Positions 9,017 to 16,067 of a stretch of DNA of 64,000 nt are shown piece by piece. Each line of letters starts with the position of its first letter. The stretch's first letter is position 1. The stretch comes from a virus: positions 1 through 64,000 of the IMG/VR virus record IMGVR_UViG_3300038393_000573. One strand, 5' to 3'. Under the pieces are notes generated by a model. The model made no database searches. It saw only the letters and a list, made by a program, of their open reading frames with translations, and had not been told where the DNA came from. The translations under genes were made by a program, and so were the position numbers.

Positions 9017-9039
9017 GCAGAGCAGGCCACAAAGCAAAG

Positions 9040-9068
9040 CCCTAGCGAAAGTAGGGGTTTTCCTTTTT
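9040..9068 (+). terminator. intrinsic terminator
   Basis: CCCTA-gcgaaag-TAGGG hairpin followed by GTTTTCCTTTTT. Confidence 0.5.
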
Positions 9069-9094
9069 AGCTTGCAAACGTTACGCCGACTAAC

Positions 9095-9109
9095 TAGGGT
9101 TTGCCCCTA
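9095..9109 (+). promoter_or_regulatory. early-region box TAGGGTTTGCCCCTA
   Basis: Copy of the repeated box; TTGCAA at 9072-9077 lies 17 nt upstream of its TAGGGT. Confidence 0.5.
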
Positions 9110-9166
9110 TGTACGATTACGCTACGCTGGGCCATACTGCAAAGCATCACAACGGAGCTAGCGATC

Positions 9167-9370
9167 ATGCGCAAAATCATCAAGACCCTCGACAGCATCG
9201 CCCGCGATTACTTCGCCCCCTATCGTGTCACGTGCGATTACGGGACATACCGCCTTTGTTGGACGGAAGCCGAAGCCCGTAGCTGGCTTCCCGCCTGTGG
9301 CCCTTGCGCCACCATTGCGGACACGTATGATTACCGAGCACTCATCACCCGCAGACAGGCCAGCGTATGA
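9167..9370 (+). CDS. hypothetical protein
   Basis: GGAG SD; in frame with ORF 9101..9370. Confidence 0.55.
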   Translation: MRKIIKTLDSIARDYFAPYRVTCDYGTYRLCWTEAEARSWLPACGPCATIADTYDYRALITRRQASV

Positions 9371-9468
9371 AGCTCAAACAGTACCTTAAAGAATTGGCGC
9401 TTGCCGCCATCCTTGCGGCAGTGTTTGCCGCACCTTTTATCGTCTATTTTTGGAGAATGGACCCATGA
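9367..9468 (+). CDS. 33-aa hydrophobic peptide
   Basis: ATGA coupling at both ends; LALAAILAAVFAAPFIVYFW is TM-like. Confidence 0.4.
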   Translation: MKLKQYLKELALAAILAAVFAAPFIVYFWRMDP

Positions 9469-9914
9469 GACTTACCGACAATGAACGCCTAGCCCTTTCC
9501 GTTCGCGAGAATGGGCAACTGAGCCCCGAGGAAAACGCCCTGATAGATGATTGTTTTGCACTCATCTACAGCGACGGCAAGGCCGTAGGCTTGACACCCG
9601 CAGCCGATGACAGAGCCGCAGCACTGGAGGCTGCATTTATCCGTTTCCTGCTCGACAGTCGCCCGCCATTGACTATGGCACCGCCTAGCGGGTTTTTCGC
9701 TGAAGATATGGCGGCGATCAACGCAATGGCATCGGAAGTTATGCGGGAAGACGCAGCCGCCGCGCGTTCAAGCCTGCCTCGCCCCGCAGGCTGCACCTGT
9801 GGCCCTGTGCGCCATTGGGAGTGCAATACAGGCTGTAAGGCCCTAGCCGGTGCGAATGCTGGCCCGTGGCCCTTCCCGGAGAGTTTCCACTTCCCGGCAA
9901 TGCCGAAGCCTTGA
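9465..9914 (+). CDS. hypothetical protein
   Basis: GGAG 9 nt upstream; ATGA overlap; in frame with ORF 9450..9914. Confidence 0.6.
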   Translation: MRLTDNERLALSVRENGQLSPEENALIDDCFALIYSDGKAVGLTPAADDRAAALEAAFIRFLLDSRPPLTMAPPSGFFAEDMAAINAMASEVMREDAAAARSSLPRPAGCTCGPVRHWECNTGCKALAGANAGPWPFPESFHFPAMPKP

Positions 9915-10102
9915 CAAAGCCCGCAGACGTAAGCCCGGAGGTATCGCCTAAAGTCTTTGGATGTCTCCGGGATGCAGTACGAATCGCCCGGGATATGCAA
10001 ATCACCCGGGTAGGCGTGCTGAGGCTGCAACTGTCCCGCAAGGGCTGGAAAACCGAAACGATAACGCAGGCCCTAGCACTCTGGGCTAACCACGTCAATT
10101 AG
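9911..10102 (+). CDS. hypothetical protein (start uncertain)
   Basis: Frame of ORF 9866..10102; TTGA overlap with upstream stop is one option. Confidence 0.4.
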   Translation: MTKPADVSPEVSPKVFGCLRDAVRIARDMQITRVGVLRLQLSRKGWKTETITQALALWANHVN

Positions 10103-10129
10103 GGTTACCCCTATTAGGGTTTGTCCCAA
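10099..10129 (+). promoter_or_regulatory. two tandem early-region boxes
   Basis: TTAGGGTTACCCCTA followed directly by TTAGGGTTTGTCCCAA. Confidence 0.5.
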
Positions 10130-10457
10130 TATCCCGGGAACCTTTTGGCTCGACAATCGCGCGTAGGCAAAAGCCTACACCGTAGTAGTATCGGAACAAA
10201 AATCATCGTTGGAGAGGAAGAGGAAAAGCACGAATAGCGAAGGACGCGCCCGTTATGTGTCATCTGCTCATCAAGCCCACGCAGCCGAAGGCGAAAGCCC
10301 TAGACCCTGCCTGTAAGCCTACGCTTACGCCCTCGCCTGCCCCGAGTGTGGCAGAGGTGCAATTGCGGGGCATCCTGCAGACGGACGCGCGGACGCATAC
10401 GGGACGGATAGCGGAGGCTGTAGGCGTTCGCCCGTGCTGAAGCTGGGGCCATGCTGC

Positions 10458-10484
10458 TAGGGCAAACGTTAGGGTTTGTCCCTA
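10458..10484 (+). promoter_or_regulatory. early-region box with an inverted half-copy
   Basis: TAGGGCAAAC-GT-TAGGGTTTGTCCCTA; TATAGT -10 about 35 nt downstream. Confidence 0.5.
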
Positions 10485-10555
10485 TGGCTGGCCCATTGTT
10501 TTTATTCTGATGTACGGTTATAGTACAGACATTGAAACACACCGGAGCCCACCAA

Positions 10556-10705
10556 ATGGAACGCCTGATTAACGCCTTTCGCAAGTGCCCCAGCCCCAGC
10601 AATCGCGCGAAACTGGAAAAGTACATGCAACGCCACATGATGGCCCTTGCGCTCTGCACGCCCGAGCAAATCGCCTTCCTGAAGGTGCACGGGTTCAACG
10701 TCTGA
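10556..10705 (+). CDS. hypothetical protein (49 aa)
   Basis: GGAG SD; below track cutoff. Confidence 0.45.
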   Translation: MERLINAFRKCPSPSNRAKLEKYMQRHMMALALCTPEQIAFLKVHGFNV

Positions 10706-10719
10706 CACGGAGCAACATC

Positions 10720-10863
10720 ATGTTTCCTACATCCGCTTCCAATCAAATCACCTATCTCTACTTTTGCACGCTAGGCGGACTATCTAGCCCACGGGTGCAA
10801 AAAGTGCAACATCACAACGGGACGCACGTTTATTACTCCTACCACCTTACCGATAGAAGATAG
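10720..10863 (+). CDS. hypothetical protein (47 aa)
   Basis: GGAG SD; in frame with the end of ORF 10585..10863. Confidence 0.4.
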   Translation: MFPTSASNQITYLYFCTLGGLSSPRVQKVQHHNGTHVYYSYHLTDRR

Positions 10864-10906
10864 GGGTTTGTCCTAGCTTGCATCCTGCGTTGCGTAACAT
10901 TACAGT
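10861..10906 (+). promoter_or_regulatory. early cassette: TAGGGGTTTGTCCTA box plus TTGCAT-N17-TACAGT promoter
   Basis: Box 10861-10875, -35 at 10878-10883, -10 at 10901-10906. Confidence 0.6.
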
Positions 10907-10913
10907 ACACCCC

Positions 10914-11162
10914 ATGAACACGAACACCCGCACAGACTACGCCGCAGCCCTCGCACTCTTCCTGACGGAACGCAAGGGAAGCCCTCTCGCAACATGGGAA
11001 GGGAAAATGTCCGCAGCCGATCAACGCGCCCTGTTTGGCCGCTACATCGGTAAGGGGACGATTGTGATTGACGGCACGAGCGAAACCATCTGCAATCGCG
11101 TGAAGGTTTGCTTTGGGCTGGATTCCGACGACCGCAACACTACGCGCTGGGCTGCTCTGTAA
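10914..11162 (+). CDS. hypothetical protein, probably leaderless mRNA
   Basis: ATG 7 nt after the TACAGT hexamer; in frame with ORF 10878..11162. Confidence 0.5.
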   Translation: MNTNTRTDYAAALALFLTERKGSPLATWEGKMSAADQRALFGRYIGKGTIVIDGTSETICNRVKVCFGLDSDDRNTTRWAAL

Positions 11163-11202
11163 AGCCTGCTACACTACAGCCAAGCAACTAAGGAACGCAC
11201 CA

Positions 11203-11304
11203 ATGCCGATCACCCGCCCCGCTACTCCTACCCGTGCAGCTATTGCCGCGTTTGCAGCCGTGAAGGCTGCGCTAGTGGCTCAAGCTAAGGCAAGCAAGGC
11301 ATGA
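11203..11304 (+). CDS. 33-aa Ala-rich peptide
   Basis: AAGGAA SD; first member of an ATGA-coupled chain. Confidence 0.4.
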   Translation: MPITRPATPTRAAIAAFAAVKAALVAQAKASKA

Positions 11305-11329
11305 CACCACCGAACTACAGGGGCAACAA

Positions 11330-11440
11330 ATGAGAAAACACAAAGCAAGGCACTACGCCAAGTTTTACGCCTACTCCTACACGTTGCAGAATGGAGAGCA
11401 ACGGGGCAGAGTCTACGCTAAACGCTGGGGCAGTAAATGA
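11330..11440 (+). CDS. 36-aa basic peptide
   Basis: ATGA coupling at both ends. Confidence 0.4.
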   Translation: MRKHKARHYAKFYAYSYTLQNGEQRGRVYAKRWGSK

Positions 11441-11607
11441 CCACACCGCCGACATCCGAACAAGAGGCTGCAGGCCGAGAGCTACACGCAAAGAATCCCG
11501 AGGGATGGCCCAAGCCTGCGCCATGGGAAGCTTTGAATCGTGAACGGCAGCTAGGATATATTCGCTGGGCCGTGCAGAAAGCAAACAAAGCTAGGGAAAG
11601 CACCTAG
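11437..11607 (+). CDS. hypothetical protein (56 aa)
   Basis: ATGA coupling; followed by GCCCG-N8-CGGGC hairpin. Confidence 0.45.
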   Translation: MTTPPTSEQEAAGRELHAKNPEGWPKPAPWEALNRERQLGYIRWAVQKANKAREST

Positions 11608-11690
11608 GCAATAACGAACGAAAGCCCGCTACAATTCGGGCATTCGAACGCGACGGGGATGGACGGCACCCCTGCGCGACACTTTCCTTC

Positions 11691-11745
11691 TAAGGGTTTG
11701 TCCCTATAAAAAAGCCTTGCACAAGTGCCTAAGTCCAATTACAGT
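11691..11745 (+). promoter_or_regulatory. early cassette: TAAGGGTTTGTCCCTA box plus TTGCAC-N17-TACAGT promoter
   Basis: Box 11691-11706, -35 at 11717-11722, -10 at 11740-11745; leader CCCATCGCAAC. Confidence 0.65.
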
Positions 11746-11782
11746 ACACCCATCGCAACACGCAACCTGAAGGAAACGCAAA

Positions 11783-12100
11783 ATGAACATCGCCCAAGCA
11801 ATCGCAGAAGTCAAAACCGCAGCCGCCAAGTCTGAGGCCGCTATCGCAGCCGTGCCCTCCCACCTGTATGTCATCGTCTGGCATGATTGCTGCCTGAAGA
11901 CGGACGGCAAAAAGGTCGCCATTCTCGGCCCCGCGATCTACACCGGCACGCGCCAATTCATGGCGGCAGAGTGCGCAAAATGGAATGCCGCAATCGAAGG
12001 CAAGGACGACAGCCCCGCTATTGTCATGTCACAGGCTGAAGCCCTCGCCCACGTGCAACAGAAAAACGCCGACATGCTGGCAGCACTGCCGAAAGTCTAA
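11783..12100 (+). CDS. hypothetical protein
   Basis: AAGGAA SD; ORF track. Confidence 0.65.
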   Translation: MNIAQAIAEVKTAAAKSEAAIAAVPSHLYVIVWHDCCLKTDGKKVAILGPAIYTGTRQFMAAECAKWNAAIEGKDDSPAIVMSQAEALAHVQQKNADMLAALPKV

Positions 12101-12121
12101 AACCACAGCCCCGGCAGGGGC

Positions 12122-12150
12122 TTGCACTCTGCCGGGATTACGGTTACAGT
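12122..12150 (+). promoter_or_regulatory. early promoter TTGCAC-N17-TACAGT
   Basis: Preceded by GCCCC-ggca-GGGGC hairpin in place of the box. Confidence 0.6.
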
Positions 12151-12179
12151 ACACCCACATTAACCCGGAGCCGCGCCCC

Positions 12180-12326
12180 ATGCAACGTTTTCAAGTTATC
12201 GCAGTGAACGACGAACGCGACTATTGAGAGTGCTGCGGCAAAAAGAATCTCAAGCGCGTTGTCTGGATTCTCGACACTGAGACAGGCGAGCATAAACACT
12301 TCGGCTTGCGCTATGCAGCCCGTTAA
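12180..12326 (+). CDS. small Cys-rich ORF interrupted by an in-frame TGA at 12225-12227
   Basis: ATG after GGAG. 15 codons, TGA, then 32 more open codons with no internal start. The downstream part resembles the CxxC region of the 12639 gene. Confidence 0.35.
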
Positions 12327-12510
12327 AGGCTTCAACCTTGAAAAAGAAATCAAGGCTGCTATTGCCAAACACGACAGCTACATTACTTGTCTGAATTGGG
12401 CCACTCGTGCAGCGTACAAAGCCGCAGGGGGCCGCTATATCCCGCACCCGACGAAGGCCCACACTTGGACGGCTGAGAACCCGGATTTGCTGGAAAAAAT
12501 GCAAGGCTGA
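12313..12510 (+). CDS. hypothetical protein
   Basis: First ATG in ORF 12259..12510; weak SD. Confidence 0.5.
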   Translation: MQPVKGFNLEKEIKAAIAKHDSYITCLNWATRAAYKAAGGRYIPHPTKAHTWTAENPDLLEKMQG

Positions 12511-12534
12511 GGTAATCGCTAAAGGCTTTATTAC

Positions 12535-12599
12535 TAGGGTTTGTCCTAAGAAAATTCCTTGCACGGCGTATCGCAAAGCGTAGCGTTATCGTACATAAT
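12535..12599 (+). promoter_or_regulatory. early cassette: TAGGGTTTGTCCTA box plus TCGCAA-N17-CATAAT promoter
   Basis: Box 12535-12548, -35 at 12571-12576, -10 at 12594-12599; leader GCCATCGCAAC. Confidence 0.6.
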
Positions 12600-12638
12600 G
12601 GAGCCATCGCAACGGACAACCCTTACGGAGCCACCCAA

Positions 12639-13910
12639 ATGAAAGTCGCAGCTTACCGCCTTCCCGAACTGCAAAAGCGCGTTGATTCTTTCAACCGCAA
12701 GGCTGTCAAGTGGGGCCTTCCTGAAATGGGCTACACCATCACGAAGGAATGGGCTGATCCGGTTTACAAGCGCGACGCGGACGGAATTCTGTCTACCCCG
12801 CGCGAGATAGTCGCGTATCTCGAATGGGCCGAAGTGGAATTCACAGGCGAAGTGCCGAAGCTCAACGGCTGGGCCGTGCATTCCCGCGTGGAGCCCTCTG
12901 ACGTGGCCGGGCAAAACTTTGTCTTCACTGCGCCGCAGTTTGCCCCGGTAGAACGCCTGCGCTATACGTCTATGGCGTGCGAGCATTGCAACATGGACAG
13001 GGGCCGCAAGCTGGTTTATCTCCTGCAGAATCAGGAAACCGGAGAACAGAGGCTTGTCGGTCGCACCTGCGTTACTGACTTCATCCAAGCCGATGCCGAA
13101 GCCCTCCTGTCCTACCTCGGCAGCCTGCAGGCCCTGTCTACCTCTGGCGAAGATGAAGAGGAAGCCATGCGCAACGCCCCGCGCGAAGCCCTGCGCTATC
13201 CGCTCGACCTCGCAATTGCTGAAGCAATCATTGTCATCCGCAAGCGCGGCTATACGAGCAAAAAGGCAGCTAACGCCTATAACGAAAAGGTGGAGGCCGC
13301 AGCCAATCAGGCAGAGTACGAAGGCAAAGAGTTTCACGACAAGACGATTAGCCCCACTACCGCCAACATGGCAGTGCAAACGCAATACAGCCGTGGACAG
13401 AAAATCATTGATCGGAACGATTACTATACGGAAGCCGAAATTGAAGCCGCAGCCCCGGACGTTGAAGCTTTCAAAGCCTACGTTTCCACGCTTAACACCG
13501 CAGGCAATGATTTCCTCTATAACGTGGCTCTCGCCTGCCAACAATCCGCAATCAAATACACGATGTTCGGCTACATCGCCGCAGCCGTGAATATGTGGAT
13601 TGTCACTACTGCGCCGATTGCTACGCCCGAGCCGACGCAAGCCCCGAAGGCTAATAACTGGATTGGGACCGTGGGCCAGCGCATGGAATTCCATGGGCTC
13701 ACCATCACCCGCGTTTATCTGAAGGAAAGCGCCTACGGGACAACCTACATTACGACCATGGAAGACAAAGACGGGAATAGCGTTGTCTGGTTCGCGTCAA
13801 AGGCTGTGGGAGATGTGGGAGCAACGCTCAACCTGAAGGCTACGGTTAAGGCTCATGATGATTTCAAAGGCCGGAAGCAAACGGTAATCACTCGTGGGGC
13901 TTCGATCTAA
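12639..13910 (+). CDS. hypothetical protein with central CxxC...C zinc-ribbon-like motif and beta-rich C-terminal domain
   Basis: GGAG SD; 423 aa; CEHCNMDRGRKLVYLLQNQETGEQRLVGRTC; largest early ORF. Confidence 0.8.
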   Translation: MKVAAYRLPELQKRVDSFNRKAVKWGLPEMGYTITKEWADPVYKRDADGILSTPREIVAYLEWAEVEFTGEVPKLNGWAVHSRVEPSDVAGQNFVFTAPQFAPVERLRYTSMACEHCNMDRGRKLVYLLQNQETGEQRLVGRTCVTDFIQADAEALLSYLGSLQALSTSGEDEEEAMRNAPREALRYPLDLAIAEAIIVIRKRGYTSKKAANAYNEKVEAAANQAEYEGKEFHDKTISPTTANMAVQTQYSRGQKIIDRNDYYTEAEIEAAAPDVEAFKAYVSTLNTAGNDFLYNVALACQQSAIKYTMFGYIAAAVNMWIVTTAPIATPEPTQAPKANNWIGTVGQRMEFHGLTITRVYLKESAYGTTYITTMEDKDGNSVVWFASKAVGDVGATLNLKATVKAHDDFKGRKQTVITRGASI

Positions 13911-13914
13911 AGCG

Positions 13915-13957
13915 TAGGGTTTATCCCTATTTCTGATCCATGTGGTACGGTTACAGT
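13915..13957 (+). promoter_or_regulatory. early cassette: TAGGGTTTATCCCTA box plus TACAGT -10
   Basis: Box 13915-13929; GTACGGTTACAGTACA at 13946-13961; weak -35. Confidence 0.5.
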
Positions 13958-13984
13958 ACATGCATTCACCACGGAGCTAGACAA

Positions 13985-14275
13985 ATGGAAATTGCAAAGA
14001 CCATCCTTCAGCAACTCGGAGGAAACCGCTTTGCGGTTATGACCGGGGCTAAAAACTTTGTCGGCGGACATCGTGAACTGTCTTTCAAAGTGGGCCGCAA
14101 TGCCAAAGGCGTTACGCACGTGAAAATCACGCTTACCCCGGATGACCTCTACACCGTGGAAGCTTTCAAGGTTCGCGGGTTTGACTCGCGCACTGTGGAC
14201 AAGCGGGAAGGCGTTTACGTGGACGACCTCCAGCGCACGTTTACCGCCATGACTGGCTTGGATACGCACTTGTAA
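13985..14275 (+). CDS. hypothetical protein
   Basis: GGAG SD; internal ATG of ORF 13940..14275. Confidence 0.6.
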   Translation: MEIAKTILQQLGGNRFAVMTGAKNFVGGHRELSFKVGRNAKGVTHVKITLTPDDLYTVEAFKVRGFDSRTVDKREGVYVDDLQRTFTAMTGLDTHL

Positions 14276-14298
14276 CCTCAGTCGAGTAAAATGCTGGA

Positions 14299-14460
14299 AT
14301 GACGAAAACCGGACACTCCTATCCGCCCGCCCCTCCTAGCCCTCTAGACATCCCCTGCCCAGTATGCAGAGCACCAATGGGCTACCCGTGCCAACGCCCT
14401 AGCGGAGAAAAACGCGACCCGCACGAAGCTAGAAAAATGATGCACAAATTCAGCAAATGA
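14299..14460 (+). CDS. small zinc-finger-like protein (53 aa)
   Basis: CPVCRAPMGYPC...DPHEAR; paralogous motif in the 14966 gene. Confidence 0.45.
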   Translation: MTKTGHSYPPAPPSPLDIPCPVCRAPMGYPCQRPSGEKRDPHEARKMMHKFSK

Positions 14461-14469
14461 AAGGACACC

Positions 14470-14817
14470 ATGCCAAAGCCCCCTAAACGCCCCTATGCAA
14501 CGCTTTACTACTCCGACGCACGCGGGGGCCTTCCCATAGCGCAGGGAGCCTGTAAAGCTGCCGACATCAAAGGCAATGACCTACGCAATGCCAAGAGAGC
14601 CGCAGCTACGCAAGTCTTCGCGGACATGCGCTACCGCCGCGTTGAAATTGTAGACACGACTACGGGACTGCTCGCGCTGGCGCTGACACGAACTACAGCC
14701 GGGGAATTAGGCTTTCCTGACGTGGCTGGCAAACCAGCCGTCAATTACCAATGGCGTCAACGCGAGCGGGAAAAGCTGGCAGCACAAAAGGCGAGACGCA
14801 ACGGGAGCAAAAAGTGA
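14470..14817 (+). CDS. hypothetical protein
   Basis: AAGGA SD; ORF track. Confidence 0.65.
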   Translation: MPKPPKRPYATLYYSDARGGLPIAQGACKAADIKGNDLRNAKRAAATQVFADMRYRRVEIVDTTTGLLALALTRTTAGELGFPDVAGKPAVNYQWRQREREKLAAQKARRNGSKK

Positions 14818-14969
14818 AGGTTACCGTACACCTGCCCGGACTCGGGCCTATCATGGCCCTGTGGCGTGAAGTGGCCGCAGGATTGAGGCTTCGCACCTGT
14901 GACCCTCTGGCCCCGCATTACGGGGAATACATCATTCAACGGGGAACTAGCAGGGGGCTGTGGAAATGA
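14814..14969 (+). CDS. hypothetical protein (51 aa)
   Basis: GTGA overlap; frame of ORF 14751..14969. Confidence 0.4.
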   Translation: MKVTVHLPGLGPIMALWREVAAGLRLRTCDPLAPHYGEYIIQRGTSRGLWK

Positions 14970-15187
14970 TGCACCAAAGCCCTTTTAGCCCCATGGCTGG
15001 ACCACGGCAAAAACGCGAGCGTGAGCCCCTAGACGGGCCGGGCGATGCCTCATGCCCTGATTGTGGCGCTATGCCCGGAAACCCTTGTCTGAGCCTTTTG
15101 ACGGGCAAAATCCGCAAGAGCCCACACCCGGCACGAGTGGAGAGCCACAGGTATCACATGGCCGAGTGGAGGAAAGGCAGAGAATGA
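14966..15187 (+). CDS. small zinc-finger-like protein
   Basis: ATGA overlap; CPDCGAMPGNPC...SPHPAR. Confidence 0.5.
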   Translation: MMHQSPFSPMAGPRQKREREPLDGPGDASCPDCGAMPGNPCLSLLTGKIRKSPHPARVESHRYHMAEWRKGRE

Positions 15188-15223
15188 GGGTATTAGGGTT
15201 TCCGCCCCACTGCGCTATGCTTG

Positions 15224-15239
15224 TTAGGGTTTGTCCTAA
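15224..15239 (+). promoter_or_regulatory. early-region box TTAGGGTTTGTCCTAA
   Basis: Followed by TGTACGGTAAT; a degenerate copy at 15194-15209. Confidence 0.5.
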
Positions 15240-15293
15240 TGTACGGTAATGCTACGGGCTGCACAATACAGGCACCTACTAAGGAGTTTCCTC

Positions 15294-15551
15294 ATGCAAA
15301 CGAATCACGCGCACAACGCTTACCTGTCTGACCTGAAGGACATGGCAAATATGGCCCTTGCCAACTGCCCGCGCTTCATGACGCAAGCGGCTAGCCTGTT
15401 TCATATCAGCAACTATGCAGAAGACATCGGACAAGCTTGGCAGGACTCCGCTTATTCGATGGATGCCCCCGAGCGTATGCCCACGGGTGCGACGATTAAC
15501 AATGGCTATGGCAACCCCGTGCCCGCCTTCACTTCCCGCGAATCCGAGTAA
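15294..15551 (+). CDS. hypothetical protein
   Basis: TAAGGAG SD; internal ATG of ORF 15249..15551. Confidence 0.6.
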   Translation: MQTNHAHNAYLSDLKDMANMALANCPRFMTQAASLFHISNYAEDIGQAWQDSAYSMDAPERMPTGATINNGYGNPVPAFTSRESE

Positions 15552-15669
15552 TCCCCGGAACCCGAACATGATTACCATCCTCGCACTCTGCACGCTGGCC
15601 GGGCTCATGCTAGGCCATAACATCGCCAAACGCTTAGGCGTCTAACCCTGACTTAGTGGAGTGGCTCGC

Positions 15670-15957
15670 ATGATGAACGAAACTGTCCGCGTAACTTGGC
15701 ACCTGTCCGACCGGAGCCGTAGCTGGCGCATCGTAGGCTATGGCTTGCACAGTCAGGACGCATTTACCCGGCTGACCAATCAACAGCGGCAGGAAATCTG
15801 CCTGCATGGGGATAGAGTGACAGAGGAAAGAATCTCCAGCCGTCCTAGCCCCTCAGCCGATTGCCGGGAACGCACTAGAGCCCCTGAGATACAGCCGCGC
15901 CCCTATTGGGAACAGCCGGGCTGGATGTGGGGGAATGTACCGTGGGGCAGGAAATAG
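15670..15957 (+). CDS. hypothetical protein
   Basis: GGAG SD; frame of ORF 15661..15957. Confidence 0.5.
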   Translation: MMNETVRVTWHLSDRSRSWRIVGYGLHSQDAFTRLTNQQRQEICLHGDRVTEERISSRPSPSADCRERTRAPEIQPRPYWEQPGWMWGNVPWGRK

Positions 15958-15977
15958 CCTGTAAGTCTTTTCTCTAC

Positions 15978-16022
15978 TAGGGTTTGTCCTAGTCCGATAA
16001 TGCGACTTTGGCCCGTTAGAAT
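15978..16022 (+). promoter_or_regulatory. early cassette: TAGGGTTTGTCCTA box plus TAGAAT -10
   Basis: Box 15978-15991, -10 at 16017-16022; leader GCCATCGCCAAAC. Confidence 0.5.
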
Positions 16023-16067
16023 AGAGCCATCGCCAAACAACGCCGCAAGGCAAACCCGGAGATAGAC

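Noticed and set aside
12546-13694. 382-aa ORF on the minus strand
   Set aside because: It lies entirely antisense to the well-supported 12639..13910 gene. It has no SD, is rich in Arg/His/Gly/Cys and low in Lys, which is typical of a shadow frame in GC-rich coding DNA.
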